A program made the translations under genes and the position numbers. A stretch of DNA of 60,078 nt, the filler included, from Dugesia japonica (lineage: Eukaryota): assembly GCA_001938525.1 (NCBI GenBank). It is 4 parts of 4 records of this genome, joined end to end, with 100 filler letters (N's around TTAATTAATTAA, not from the genome) between each part and the next. Parts side by side here need not be neighbours in the genome. Positions count along the whole stretch, not along the records: positions 1 to 14,593 come from MQRL01617794.1; 3 more parts are not named here. One strand, given 5' to 3'. Of this stretch, positions 1-14,593 are shown piece after piece. The stretch's first letter is position 1. The number at the start of each line of letters is the position of its first letter. Under the pieces are notes generated by a model. It was given only the letters and a program-made list of their open reading frames with translations, was not told where the DNA came from and did no database searches.

Positions 1-88
1 TAATAAATAAATAATAAATAAATAATAAATAAATAATAAATAAATAATAAATAAATAATAAATAAACAATAAATCAATAATAAATAAA
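1..88. repeat. (TAAATAA)n simple repeat
   Basis: Tandem 7-mer is directly visible. Confidence 0.95.
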
Positions 89-876
89 TTTTTACCTGTT
101 GGACCTGAGAGTCGCCATAAAGCATATTAAATTTGATGAGTATTGTTGTTGTCACCAAAGTCTGTTTTTTTCCCTTTCTCTTTTCTTGTTTTTATTAGAA
201 CACGACATAGATGTGATTTGTTTTGAAGTCGTGTGATTATTTTCATAACCGAGATTGTAAAAATTCCAGTAATAAACTCTTAAATGATAGCAACCCCAAT
301 GATCTCGTTGAAGGCATATAATAAATTCAAATTAGACTGATAAATTCTATAGTAATTGTATGCCATGTCATTATAATGCTATTAAATAATGATTATATTT
401 CTTTTGTAATATGCATTACTATTTTAGTGTCAAGGAAAGAATAGGATGTCACCAGAAAGATAGAAATACTCACCTTTCAAAAGAAATGAAGAAAACAAAA
501 AAGAAACAGTTGCGTACATAATTATTGATGGTCAAACAAATGTACAGTAAATCCAAAGCCAAGAGATTACAGTACAGGACAAGAGAGGGGACTTTTCAAC
601 TAGCCAAGAAATTAATGGCCAATTTTATTCAGATGTACACTGATCGGGAGGTAATTCGAAACACTACGAACGTTATTGTTGTCTTACCAATCGTTGAAGT
701 CAGATCTACGACAATTCAACGGTATAGTTGATTTAGATAAATAAAATTAGTCGCAATGCGTTTTTAAACTGAATACATTTTCGGCTGTGTATGGTCAATA
801 ACAAGTACTTTTTTATTTAATGGGTACATATGTGAGTGTCGAATTAAATGTACTGAGTATATTAATGATTGTCAGT

Positions 877-1450
877 GAACATCTGCAACGTCGCGCTGAA
901 CCTGGAAAAGAGGTGTCATGAATGATTGAGGAACATTTTTATACATGGTGNCTATGTTATCTACGAAAGATTTATTACAAATATTACCTTAGTTAAGAAT
1001 ATTTAACAAAAGAGATGTTGTTGAAATATTTTTGAAGAATATAGAACAAAATGTTTAATGATCCAGCTCGAAAACAACCAACAAAATATTGTTTATTAGA
1101 GCATATTTATATATTAAAATTCGATCAAACAACAGAAANNNNNNNNNNNNNNNNNNNNNNNNNNNNNNNNNNNNNNNNNNNNNNNNNNGAACATCTGCAA
1201 CGTCGCGCTGAACCTGGAAAAGAGGTGTCATGAATGATTGAGGAACATTTTTATACATGGTGACTATGTTATCTACGAAAGATTTATTACAAATATTACC
1301 TTAGTTAAGAATATTTAACAAAAGAGATGTTGTTGAAATATTTTTGAAGAATATAGAACAAAATGTTTAATGATCCAGCTCGAAAACAACCAACAAAATA
1401 TTGTTTATTAGAGCATATTTATATATTAAAATTCGATCAAACAACAGAAA
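877..1450. other. Assembly overlap duplication across an N gap
   Basis: 877-1138 is repeated essentially identically at 1189-1450 on the other side of a 50-N gap. Confidence 0.85.
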
Positions 1451-4400
1451 AAGATTATGAATAAAGAAGGCGAAATGCATTTTTAAAAAGCCTACATTTG
1501 GCCGATGATATGATCAAATTGCTCAATTACAAAAGATGAAAGTGAAAATACCGTTGAAAACGTTATGCGACATAAATTAACCAGCACTAAATTGATCGCA
1601 CTTTTCAAAAAGCTTTGTCTTGAAACACAAAAGGAAGAAATTTAAAAATATGAAAGGACTAAAGATTTGTTAAGATGGAAAATTTTTTAAGAAGATGAAC
1701 GGATCAAACCTGGAAACGTATAGGAAGGCCAAGCTTCGTGCAAATATATAGAAAATATTTTGCATCGCATCGATAAGAATAAATCTGTGGCACAAATCAA
1801 TTTGATAGAAAAACCATCATTTTCTAGGGATTTAAAAGATCATCGAAATTCAAACTATAATTTGTCTTGGTAATACAGAAAAGATCAAAGACAAATCCCA
1901 GAAATTCAACAATAAAATAAATAGTTCTTAAACAAACCGATGATTTCAATTCAACATGATGACATAGATGATAACAATGATCATTCGGAAAAATTATAGG
2001 AGCCATAAATTACATGTAAGATATGATATTAATAATATGAAAGCTAATATGTTTGAGTATGATGATTGTTATTAGAGTCTGGAAAACTCATGGAATCATT
2101 AACATCAGAATTTAACTCCATAAATTTATTAAAATAAAAACTATAACATCCTTTTTTGTTTAAACAAACAAATTTAAAAAATCATATTTAAAAACGGAAA
2201 ATACTAAATATTTAATTTTATATTTTATTCTTTATAAAATATATTTGATTTTAAAAGATACATTAAAATAAGCATCTTTTATTCATTTAATTTNNNNNNN
2301 NNNNNNNNNNNNNNNNNNNNNNNNNNNNNNNNNNNNNNNNNNNNNNNNNNATATTTTATTCATTTAATTTTATATTTTATTCTATTTAAAATATATTTTG
2401 ATTTTAAAAAAATACACTAAAATAAAGATCTTTTATTCATTTAATTTTATATTTTAAAAATCCTTAAATGTTAGTAATTTATTTTATAAATTATTTTCTT
2501 TATACAGTTTTAAATATACTTTTAATAAATTCCGTTTTCAAAAAACAAAAATTTAAATCTGTTGACCGGATCCATCAAATCATAACTTTTTTATTTTTTC
2601 TTTTAATTTATGGATGAATTTTGTATGAATTTTAAATTTTGTTTAAATTTAATCAGAAGTCTTTTTATTTGTAAAAGTTTTCTTAAAAGATCTTGAATTA
2701 TCGATGGCGAAAGGTATTGCGCGTGTATGTGTGTGAAAAACGTGTTTGTATGTTATCATATAGTATATGTATGCATAAAGATATGGTGTAAAAAGAGAAA
2801 GCTGATTCAAAAGGTGTGCTTTTATGTGTGCTTTTACTTTTTTGAGGTGGAAATATTATGGTTGTGGTTGAAAGGCTGAATCCTGATGTAAATTGTAGTA
2901 CCTGTTTTGGGTTTTTAATTTATCTTTTGGTGTTTCAAGTTTTAAGGTTAATAAGTATTTAGAAAAAAAATCGTATTTAGATGGGTTTGTGTGGATAAAT
3001 TTATTTTTTTAATTTTTCTTTTTATGATTTATTTAATGAAATTATTTTCTACAAATTTGATAATTTGTTTGATTTTTTTTTGAATTTTCTTTTTTAAAAT
3101 TCTTTTTTTATGTATTAGGGTATTGATGGAAGAGGTAAGATGTATTTTTGTGTGTGGAAAATTTAGATGTTCATTTATGTGTAATTTTATGGGGATGTAA
3201 TGTATGTGTGTAAAGATATGATGAGAGATCGAAATTTTACTCAAATATTTTTATGCGTGTCGGTTTCTTTTTTGAGGTTTGGAAGATGGATTTAACTAGG
3301 ACCTCGAATTCGACTTTTACATGAAGGACTTATATCGTGAAATGCACCTGAGGCTGAGAAAAAGTTGNNNNNNNNNNNNNNNNNNNNNNNNNNNNNGCGC
3401 ACTTGATTTAAAATCGGTCTGTTGTGCATAATTGTTGGATTTGGTTGAATTTGATGTTGGAAAGAGGAAGTGCTGACTTATGCAATGGTACACGTTTTGA
3501 CGTGGTTTGATGGATTATTTGTTTATTTTTCGAAGGATAAAGATTTTTTGTTTGTAAGTAGTATAGGTACACAAAAAATGTTTTTCTGAGATTTTATTTT
3601 TAGAAGAAAAAGGAAAAATTAAAGAATATGAAAAAGTGTGATTTCGATTTTTTCGAATTTTTGTGAATTTTTAAAAATCATGGTGGAAGAGTTGGGAGAT
3701 GCTTTGAGATGAATGTTTAGGTAGTCTTGATATTTTGTTCAAGAAGTATCATTGCTTTTTTCGGGCAGTCTTGATCTTTTTTATTTTTTCGGCCAGTCTT
3801 TACACGCGTGCGTGTTTTACACATGTTGTATGGTTGCTGTGATCATGTTTCAAAAGGTAATTATATATGTATTTTAATGCTTTGGGCAGTCTAAAAAACA
3901 TCAGTTACATGATTTTAGGTTGTACTCGTGTTGCATACATATTGCAGGCGTGTTGTACTCGTGTCGGATATTTAGTGCATTCAACCAATCATATCAACCA
4001 ATCACAACGAGTATGTAACCACAGTTTTCATAGCATTAATCACTTTTAAATTCAAAAATGCAAGAAAAATTTCTTACTAAAGACAATGTCACATCAATTA
4101 CTGTGGAACTGTGAAAAATTACAGATTTCCGTCATTACAAGGTGTATTTTATCAGGAATCCAATTATTTATGACTTTAAAGTAATTCTATTTATTTTTTT
4201 TATAAATTAATAGTTTCTAAACCTTTTATGATTAGCAAGATTACAGTTTGCTTTTTTCCGATATCAACACGAAGAATCAAAACATATTAGAAGCATTATT
4301 TGCAAGATTTAGCAAAGATATGGAAATAAAGGATTCAATTTTCTTCAATTTTAACGAGCAGAACGAGAAAACATATGATGATAAATCTGAATGGTTGATA

Positions 4401-4594
4401 CAAGAAAAAATAAAAGGATTCAAGAAGTCAATAAATATAACTGGTGTCAAATGGAAGTACCTGAAGATACAAAAAAAAATATTTGAACTTGATCTAATCA
4501 ATGGTTATTATTTATTCATAATTTTTTACAGTTATTATAATAATAAATTTAATAAAAAAAATAATTTCCAATTGAAGCATGGGTTTTAATTTGT

Positions 4595-5706
4595 TTGAAT
4601 GTTGATAATCCGATGAGTACTCAAAACTCCTCTAACATGATGGCAGTGGTGAACACCTATGCGATCACGGAGAGATTGTTGCCAAAAATAATTTGCAGAA
4701 GCGATGATCTAGAGAAGCTTGTTAATTGGTGTAAAATATACTTTGATGCAAAGAACATCGTTGTTAAGAAAGATCAGGAGCGTTGGATAACATGTATGCT
4801 CCATGAAAATTTAATGAAAACATATGTGAAAACATTGAAGAAAGTTGATGGATATCGAAATAGATTCCGATTAGCTTTTGAGAGCAAGAGAGACTTAATA
4901 AAAGATTTACATAATCTTGTAAGCTATCGACGTGGTGTTGAAGAATTTGATGTGTTCTTTAAAAAACTGGAAGACTTGGTCGATAAATGTTTAGCAAATG
5001 GAGAGCTGACGAAAGAAAAACTCTTATCAAAAATGCTATTAATTTGTGCAGATCGTAAAAAAGTAGAAAAAGAGTCACTCATGCGAAAATTGAAGAAAGT
5101 AGAAGATATTAAAGAAACGCTATCATTAGTTGAAAAATAAGAAAAAAAGAACCTATTAACGTAATAAAGTGTTACGCAGGTGTAACACGTGGAGAGCGTA
5201 CTGGAAAAAGGAGGCAAAATATCGAGAGAGTAACAAAAAGAACAGAACCACAGTGTTGGACATGCTAGAGTTATGGGCATACAAAAAGAGAGTGTCCAAA
5301 GAATTTTCAAGTGGAATGTTGGACTTGCCGAAAGAAAGGTAATTTAAGTAGAAATTGTCCAGACAAGAAACTACCAAAATGTTTTGGGTATGATAAGATT
5401 GGTCATATCAGAAAGATGTGCACAGAAATTGTATGTGGTAGATGTAAAAGACCGGGTCACAGAGCGGAAGAATGTTATTCGAACATTTATAAACCAAGAC
5501 TAAAAAAGAGAAGATACATTTTTAAAAGCGGACAACAAACAAAAGATTGGAGTAGGACCAAACCATTTCATGCCATTCAAGAAGAGGATGATGATAAAAA
5601 TGAAGAGATATTTTTTGAGAGCATAATAGAAAACGATGATCGGAAAAGAGAATACCCAAAAGGCAAGGCTTCATCAGTAGAGGAGTGGGTCGGAGCTATT
5701 CATTAA
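4595..5706 (+). pseudogene. gag: Ty3/Gypsy gag with three CCHC-type zinc knuckles (disrupted)
   Basis: ORFs 4595-5140 and 5311-5706. Knuckles CWTCRKKGNLSRNC, CFGYDKIGHIRKMC and CGRCKRPGHRAEEC; pol fragments follow. Confidence 0.85.
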
Positions 5707-5799
5707 ACAATATGATGTTTGATTATCCTCAGAAGGCCGAGAAATGGAATAAGATGAGCGAAGTTATGAGAAAAATTTACAGATTCCTGAAAAGAAGAA

Positions 5800-7830
5800 G
5801 TTTCAATGATTTGGAAGTTAATCAATAAAGTATTGACAGCAATTAATAATGCTGGTCTTAGAGTTAATCCGGAGAAATATCAATTCATGCCAAAAGAGAT
5901 AAAATTCTTGGGACACGTCATCAGTAAAGAAGATGTCAAAACAGATCCAACTAAAATAGAAGCAAATTAGAACTTCGGTAAACCAAAATGCGTTAAGAAA
6001 ATGAGAAGCTTTTTAGGAATTTGCAATTACTATCACAAGTTTATTAAAGATATTTCGAAAAAAGCTAGATTGCTGGAACAACTGTATAGTGGGCCAAGTA
6101 ACAATAAAATCGAATGGACGAATGAATTAGAAGAAGTTTTTAATGTAATGAAAGAAGCACTAATGATGTTTCTAATATTATGTTTTCCACATATAAATAG
6201 AGGATTTAATTTGGACACGGTTGCGAGTTTCGATACGATTGGGGCAGTAATAACTCAAAAGAACAACAATGGACAAGAAAGAGTAATTGTATATGGGTCC
6301 CACACAATGACGAGTCATGAGAAAGGGTATTGTACTACGCGGAAAGAATTACTCGCAATTTACTACTTTTTTATTCATTTCAAACATTATTTACATGGGA
6401 AGAGATTTATCTTCAGAACAGTGCATATCGCTTTTATGCTAAATAAAAGTGATATTATAAATATTATAAATACGGAAAGGATTAAAACTAATAATTCAAA
6501 GATAGAGGCGATAAACAATTTTTGAATCCATTTATGTAATAAACATCTTCGTAGCTTTTCATGTCTAACTAATTATTATCACAAACTCATGAATGATCTT
6601 TTCAAAATTGCCATATTATTTGAAGAATTAATTGGAGGTAAAATTAGTTTCGACTGTTAAATGTGAAGAAGCGTTTAAGAATTTAAAAAGAAAGTTTTAT
6701 AAAGATAATAATTCCAAATTTCTGGAAAACTTTTATTTTAGATACAGATGAATCTTTTGATTCAATGGGCGCAGTTTCTTCACAGATAGATGAATATAAA
6801 AAAGAATTCATCATTATATATGGATGGAAAAGCATGAATAAACATGAAATTGGATACTGCATTTCTAGGTTAAAACTGTTATAAATTTTTTGTTTTGTAT
6901 AAAATTTCAAACATTATTTATACGGAAGAAAATTCAATTCAGGTACTGACTATAAGCAATTTTCTTTTATGATAACTACCAAGAAAACCAATAACTGCTC
7001 AATTCAAAAACTGGATAAATTTCTGGAGTAGTTTGGAAATAATTCTAGAATATCGTAACGGTGAATCACACAATAACGCTGATGCTCTATCAAGATTAAA
7101 TAAAGGAGATTTAAAGCAATGTCAGATGACCCACCAAGATGCAAAAACAAAAAGAATAAAGTCGAAGGTCTGGGCAATTGAAGATATAAAAAATGAATAT
7201 AAATAGCAAATCAAATATTGGGAAATTGATTAAATAAAATCAAGAATCAATGAAAAAGAAGAAAGAAAATTTTATATGAATAAAAACAGTTTTTAGCCAG
7301 AAAAATAAAATATAAATTGCAGAAGAAAGAATCTGTTTGATAAGCACAGACAGAGTTGTGTCATACAGGGACTAATAAACTCATGAATTATATTTCTGGA
7401 CCATATTATTTTACAAATATGAATAAAACTATCATAGACAATATAACAAGTTGCAACTTTTGTCAAAAATGTAAAACATTGACATGCAAAACAATAAAAA
7501 TGATTANNNNNNNNNNNNNNNNNNNNNNNNNNNNNNNNNNNNNNNNNNNNNNNNNNNNNNCTTTTCAGATTACTATTACCGAAGAGAAATATTATTTTAA
7601 AGGCTAAAATAACAAGATGATAAAACCATTACGAAATTACTTTTAAATGAAGGGACTTTAAAATTAAAGACCCCACAAACAACTCATGTAGAATGAGGAA
7701 AAAGGTTTTAAATCAAATTGATTACGAAATATGTCAGAAAGATTTAATTTGAGTATTATTTATTCAAGTCCCTGCCATCACCAAGCCAATGGATAAATAG
7801 AAAGACAAATTGTAAATTGTCTTCAAAATC
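5800..7830 (+). pseudogene. pol: Gypsy pol mosaic: RT C-terminus, RNase H, a second RNase H, integrase zinc finger/core
   Basis: IKFLGHVIS; MRSFLGICNYY; LDTVASFDTIGAVITQ...TTRKELLA; second copy ILDTDESFDSMGAV at about 6735; CHTG...CNFCQKCK; SPCHHQANG*IERQ. Confidence 0.85.
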
Positions 7831-7899
7831 AGTGCAGAGTAGACATCAATAATCATCGAGAAAAATTTGTTTGCAACATCGAGGCAAAATTTGGAAGAC

Positions 7900-8252
7900 A
7901 AATACAGATGGGTGAACGATTGAGANATGCAATAGAAATTCTTGAAATTAACAAAGATCATAGATTGACTGCGATTATTCAGAATAATGAGGATGTGTTT
8001 ATGGTCGATAAATGGGACATTAGATGCATACATTTAACAAAGCATCGAATAATCACTATTGGAGGTCCAATCAATATAAAACCGTAACGCCAACCAATGA
8101 ATCTAGAGGAGAAGATTGAAGAGGCTATCAAGAATTTGAATGATACTGGTATCATAGAAAAGTGTAATTCTCAATGGAATACGCCATTATTCTGCGTTTA
8201 GAAAAAGGAAACAAAAGATAAATGACTATTCTTAGACTTAAGACAGCTAATT
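7900..8252 (+). pseudogene. Gypsy RT N-terminal fragment
   Basis: HRIITIGGPINIKP*RQP...GIIEKCNSQWNTPL...LDLRQL. Confidence 0.75.
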
Positions 8253-8389
8253 NNNNNNNNNNNNNNNNNNNNNNNNNNNNNNNNNNNNNNNNNNNNNNNN
8301 NNNNNNNNNNNNNNNNNNNNNNNNNNNNNNNNNNNNNNNNNNNNNNNNNNNNNNNNNNNNNNNNNNNNNNNNNNNNNNNNNNNNNNNNN

Positions 8390-8736
8390 ACAAAAAGATA
8401 AACAAAAAAATGTTTATCAGTGAAATTTCATCTTGCGAAGATCCATTGAAATATTAAATTGTTGAATGATATTTGGTATGAAAGAATGGAAGTTATTAGT
8501 AATGCTAATATGATTAATGATTACTATAATGATAAAAGAATTCATAAACATTTCGAAATTGGTAATAATATTCTGGTAAAAATAGACATGGGAGATAAAC
8601 TGGATAATATATATGAGAGACCTTATAAAATTCTTATTCAAATACAGAACAATATCTTTAAATTGACGAATTCTGAAGGTAAATGAAGAGATAGTTCAAA
8701 ATATATAACAACTAAAGCAATTTAAAACGAGAAGGA
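8390..8736 (+). pseudogene. Gypsy integrase C-terminal (GPY/F) fragment ending in a polypurine tract
   Basis: FEIGNNILVK...KLDNIYERPYKI, then purine run AAAACGAGAAGGA immediately before TGTGAG. Confidence 0.65.
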
Positions 8737-9063
8737 TGTGAGATGATTACATAATCATCTTTCATTGCCAGTATAAATAAATGATGCCTGACTGCATGTT
8801 TGTATGACAAGGTATGTTAATTTATTTGTTTTAATCTCATATTATGATTTCATATTGCCCGAAATGAATGAAAGAAATAATTAATAATGAAAGTATTGGA
8901 GCTGCAGGAAAAATTAATAAAAATAGTATATTGCTCAAAAAGAGAAAAGAAATTATGAAAAATAAATATCGATCAGAAAATAAAATGAACTAATATTCAA
9001 GGATAAAAACAGAATTAATTAAATAAATGAAATATGAAGAAATAAACGTACAGAGCTACAACA
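8737..9063 (+). repeat. Putative 3' LTR (end uncertain)
   Basis: TG start right after the PPT, AATAAA, and a ...CAACA end. No partner LTR identified. Confidence 0.3.
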
Positions 9064-10919
9064 AAAGAACACGAAGTTGCGAGAGCGGAACACAAAATTG
9101 AAGGGACGTAAACTAGCACTACCGTAAATCAACTGTATGATGACAGAAATAATCAAGGTATACGCCGAACGAGGAGGATAAATCGCAACAGTTCGAACAC
9201 TCTCCTAAGTTTCTCGAATCAACGAATAGGTCACAAAAAAGATAAGGGTAAGATGATAATAACGATCAACAATATGTTATAATTTTTTTTATAAATAAAT
9301 CTTTAGTTATCTGAATTAAGATTACATCTCACGAAAAGAATTAAGATAAAGAACGGTCTATAACAAAAAAAATCAACTACAGTCGTAAAGAATGTAGTAT
9401 AAAGACGGGATACCACATAGTCCTAAATGGACTTAGAGTAGATGTCACAATGCATGAGGTGTTGTCAAATTTTGGCCATCTTCGGGATATCTACCCCTAG
9501 AATAAATTAACACAAAGTTGAACAATATAAAGAAGAATAGCAATCAAAACAATCAAGAAAAAGTGTCCACGAAGAAATAATAACATCAAAAACCTCGAAG
9601 CCTAGCACATATATTCGATAAAGAATTTTATTCCAAGTAAGAATAACACGAATAAAAGTTGCCAAAACGTATACTTTTTACAATTATTTGTATATTATTT
9701 CAATTGGATTTTTAGATAAAAAATAGTTTCTATTAAATTTTATTACTTTCTCATACTACTATCCTAATATTCGTGTGGTTCTGTCGTTCGTTGAAATAGA
9801 CTANNNNNNNNNNNNNNNNNNNNNNNNNATATAAAGAATTACTAATTAAAGATAAAACTAGAATCAATGTAATTTATAATAATAAGATAAATTACCCAAT
9901 TAAAATTCAATAAAATTATTTAGTTATAAAAATATTTCAATTTTAACAATAAATACTGATTAAATCCATGTCAATTTCTGACGAAGAGATTGTTAAAAAT
10001 TCGAAATATATTTATTAAAACTAAATAAACAAAATAAATTATAAATAAAAAACGAAATACAATATTTTGATCGATGCTTTTAATTTAATGAAATAATATT
10101 ATTCATTATTAGTAACTTCATATCAATTATTTTTATTTACAAATCGCCGTTGATGAAATATTTTTCACTTTACTGTAAAGCATCATAAAGATAAGATATG
10201 AATAAATATTTTTTGTACATTTTCATCAATTCTTAAAATGAGAATTCTATAACATTTATTTANNNNNNNNNNNNNNNNNNCTCAATGTTGTTATTTCTTT
10301 AAATCGCAATCATTTAACAAACAATTTATCATTATCAATCAATAACTTTTGTAATACCTTAAATAGAGACATTTTAAAAAAATCTTTAAATAATAAATTG
10401 AAATGAAAAAATAGCATTTTTTCATATTTCAATATTAATTTTATTTCATTAACCCAACTGCTGAAATCATTAACCGAACTGAATTACTCATCAAATATTA
10501 CTCATAAAAACCACTTCCATCATTATTATAGTTATCCAATTATCGGAGATAAATTGATTGAAACAAAATACATTTATACAGCATTAAACATTTATAAAGT
10601 TCAATTTATCACTAGTTATAAAATCAATCATTTTGTTTTCGAATAAGATCGCATTTCTTATGGCTTTAATTCAATGAGTCACTGTAATTTTTCAAAAAAT
10701 TTACTCGAAAAGTGTGATGATGATGTAATGGTATTTAAAATTTTACTGGAACTATAAGATTTTTAAATTTTCTTAGTATCTGCCTAATTTTTTCTAATGT
10801 TTAGTTTATTTTTTATTAAGTTTATTACTTTGATGAATTTGACACCATTCGATTCAGAATTAAAAATTATCTATACTGTCCAGATATACAATAACTTCTT
10901 TGAAAATTAATCCTTCCAA

Positions 10920-11350
10920 TGACTTGTGCATTAACTTTTGAAAAGTTGCCGGTGCTGTAGCTAATCCAAAAAAATTCGATTAAATCTGAATTGACCTTCC
11001 TTTGTAGTAAAAGCAACGACGTCCTTCGACTTTTCCACTAACTTTACTTGGCTGGATCAGATCAATCGATGAAAATATTAGAAAAGAGACTTTTTCTGTC
11101 CTTAAATTCACTTTTCTGTAATCCACACACATTCTTATCGAGCCGACCATTTTACTCACAATCACTAATTGAAAATTCCAAGGACTATTACACTTGCTGA
11201 TCACGCCAATCTTTGCTAATTCTTTAATCATTTCTTTAATTTGCTTTTTTAAATGAATTGGCTGTCTTCTAGGGTGCTGTACTATTGGATCTCTTTTAAC
11301 TTTCAGCCACGTGTTACTTTTCTCTTATGTCCTATATCGATCATTAAAGC
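10920..11350 (-). pseudogene. Gypsy RT N-terminal fragment
   Basis: GVISKCNSPWNFQLVIVSKMVGSIRMCVDYRKVN and a FGLATAPATFQ-like motif. Confidence 0.8.
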
Positions 11351-11439
11351 TATGAATATATCACCAAAATTCTGGATCAACTCAATTTTTAAAACTCTCG
11401 CAGCNAAACCTATGACTTTTTCATCACCTTTGTAATCTG

Positions 11440-12410
11440 TTTGTATTAGAACAGCTTAAATAGCTCCAAAACTGGCATCTAGAATCATTTCTTTTGATGG
11501 ATAAGAAAATGTCAATATTGGAGCTGTAGATAATTCATACTTTAACTTCTGGAAGTTATTTTCATCATCTTTGGACCCTTCAATCATCTTTTCATTTCCT
11601 GATATCACTGTGTACAGTGGCGCAGTAATAATTGTATTGTAATTGTAATTGTATCTTTGATAAATTGACGATAATAATTATTTTTGTCGCAGAAAGGATN
11701 NTAACTCCGTAACACAATCTGGTGTTGATGCTTCTGTAATTTTTTAATTTTATCATCGTTAGTTTGATTTCCTTTTTGACTAATCAAGTGCCCCAAAAAA
11801 TTCAATTTATCAGTTCCAAATACACATTTTCCTGGATTAACTTTTAATTTTTATGCTTTAATTAAATCAAATGTCTTTTCTAATATTTGATTATGTTCAT
11901 CGACAGTTTTTCCATAAACAAAAATGTCATCCAAATAAACAATTATAAAGATTTTCTTTAAAAATTAAATTCATTAAACTCTAAAAAGTTGCCGGTGCTG
12001 TACATAAACCAAACGACAACCGATTAAAACAGAATTGTCCAATTTTCGTACTAAAGGTTGTTTTCATTTGTGAATCTTCGTCTAACACAACTTGATAATA
12101 TTCTTGTCCTAAATCTATAGATGATTAACTAGTTGTTCCGTGTAAGGTATCCAAAAGCGTTTTTATGCCAAGTACGGGAAATGAAAAGTTTTCAGTTACT
12201 TCATTCAATTGTCGAAAATCNNNNNNNNNNNNNNNNNNNNNNNNNNTTTTGGTATTATCACTAAAGGAGAATTCAATGGGCTTTTACATTTTCTTATAAT
12301 TTTTGATTCTAACAAATCTTCATTTAATTTTTCAACTTTTTCTTTCAAATGCATTGATTGTCTTCTTGGATTCTGAGAATTTGGAGGTCCATTTGTATTA
12401 ATTTACCACT
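11440..12410 (-). pseudogene. pol: Gypsy RT with RNase H start
   Basis: RLSFGLCTAPATF, VYLDDIF (about 11925-11942), NFLGHLIS, ILDASFGAI. Confidence 0.85.
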
Positions 12411-12639
12411 TGGTCTAAATAACATATCTGCAGTACTATGTTAATTCCTTTTTATATTATAATAGTATAATTAGACTACTGAGATAATTTATCCACGTCT
12501 AAAATTGTAATATTATTGGTTTCGTCGTCACCATAACAGTAAGAGCTTGATGATCTGTCCTAAGAGTAAATTTTCTTCAGTACAAGTAATGTTTGAAATG
12601 CAATTAATATAAATTCTCTATTTATAGGAGCAGCATTAG

Positions 12640-13635
12640 AGATTTCTTCAGACCCTGAAAAGTATTGTTTGTTTTATCTGCTCATTCTAACTTCTTGTTG
12701 ACTGGTTTGCTACACAACTGTTCTAAGATCCTTGATTTTCTTGCATAGTTTTCTATAAACTTCCTTTTTTAATTACAAATTTCTAAGAAACTTTGTAACC
12801 TTTTTACATAGTTAATTTTTACAAAATTTTCTTATTGCTTCTATTTTAGTTGGATCAGGTCAAACAGAATTCCTTCTAATAATGTGCCCAAGAAATTTGA
12901 ATTTNCTTTAAAGAAACTGACACTTTTCAGGATCGTTTCTTCAAACAAACTTCATTATTTTTGTAAATACTTTGTCAATTACTTCATAGTGTTGATCTTT
13001 ATTTTTCGTAAATATTAGAATGTCATCCAGATATGCCATATCACCTACACCTTTTGTCATCATCTCCTGAAATGTTCCTGGGGCCGCTGAGATTCCAAAC
13101 GACATTCTTTTAAAACAATATTGCCCATAATTTGTGAAAATGCAGTTTACTGGAGATTTATTTTCAGGTTCTATCTGTTAGTATGCATTTTCGAAATCTA
13201 TTGAACTAAAATATTTTGCGTCATCCAATTTTTCCAGCATTTCATCAAAATAAGGCATTAGAAAGGTTTACTTTTTTGCTACTGGATGTAACTGTCTAAA
13301 GTAAAAATACATTGCTATGTCTTTCTTTGCTTTTTTCAAAACACAAATCAGTAAGGTATTCCAATAAGAGTTACATTTCTGGGGTAATTTTATTCTCAAA
13401 CAGGTTTTGATTAGTTTCTTCAATTTTCGTTTCTAAGTTGGTGGCCTGCATGGTTTTAAGTTGAATATTTCACAACTTGTGACAATTTTGTGTATTGTCG
13501 GATTTATGCGTTCTACATCCCATTTTATCTGTCATGAAAATATGTTATTTATTTACAGTTATTTTTTATAACCTTTCAGAGTATTTATGGCTCTCCATTT
13601 TTAATTTTTCCCAATTTTTGCTTCATATTACAAAT
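12640..13635 (-). pseudogene. pol: Gypsy RT fragment
   Basis: RMSFGISAAPGTFQ, AYLDDILI (about 13020-13037), KFLGHII. Confidence 0.85.
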
Positions 13636-13749
13636 NNNNNNNNNNNNNNNNNNNNNNNNNNNNNNNNNNNNNNNNNNNNNNNNNNNNNNNNNNNNNNNNN
13701 NNNNNNNNNNNNNNNNNNNNNNNNNNNNNNNNNNNNNNNNNNNNNNNCT

Positions 13750-14593
13750 AAGAAAGTAACTTCTTTGCAAACTTCATCAATTTCTACTCCAGTTCTAACT
13801 TTCCCTACGATTTTAAGTAGATAGTTTAAATAAGTTCAATAATTTTAATATTTTTCTTAAGTTTTCACACCACAATTTTTTAACGCTCATTTCTTAATAT
13901 AGTTCTCGTAATCTATTAAAACAAGTCAAACACATAACGTTAATTCGAGCTACTATATCTATTTATTCTCTTGAAAAAAATATCATTAACATATCATTTC
14001 TCAAAGAAGAAGTGCTTTGACACAATTTACACAAACAATTAGGTTGCAATTTATGGTATAAAATATACCTTTTCTGTTTTGCTTTAGTTGTTCCAATTCA
14101 TTTGATTTTTCTCTCAACCCCAAAATTTTCCTTCTTTAAAAACCTGTATACTTTTTTTGTAACTTCAGCAGTCAAAGATTTATCAGTTTCAAATTAGTGT
14201 AGCACTTTTTTGTCTTATGTCCACTATTTCCATACCGTTGACTCCTAATTATTTAAAATAACTTTCTAATAAGACCTGCTTTTTCAAAACCAAAGCGATT
14301 TGTTGATTCTTTATNNNNNNNNNNNNNNNNNNNNNNNNNNNNNNNNNNNNNNNNNNNNNNNNNNNNNNCGTTTTTTCTGAACATTTGATTTAGTATGACC
14401 AATCTTATGACTAAGCCAACATTTGATATTCCCTTTTTACTTTCAGTGCAAACTCTCTCATAACTCTGGATTCAAAAGCTTTTCTACAATCAAGTCTTAG
14501 TTCTCTTGAACATCCAAATCTCAATATCCACTTTTCAAAAATAGCTTTTCTTATTGTTTCCTTGTCTTGTCTATGCATAATTCTGGTATAAGA
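13750..14593 (-). pseudogene. Gypsy gag zinc-knuckle/protease relic
   Basis: Degenerate knuckles IKCWLSHKIGHTKS and GNSGHKTKKC lie upstream of the RT on the same strand. Confidence 0.5.

Noticed and set aside
877-1450. 262-bp direct repeat as an LTR pair (similar cases at about 52930-53076 and 50337-50439)
   Set aside because: Identical copies directly flank a 50-N gap, indicating unmerged contig overlap.
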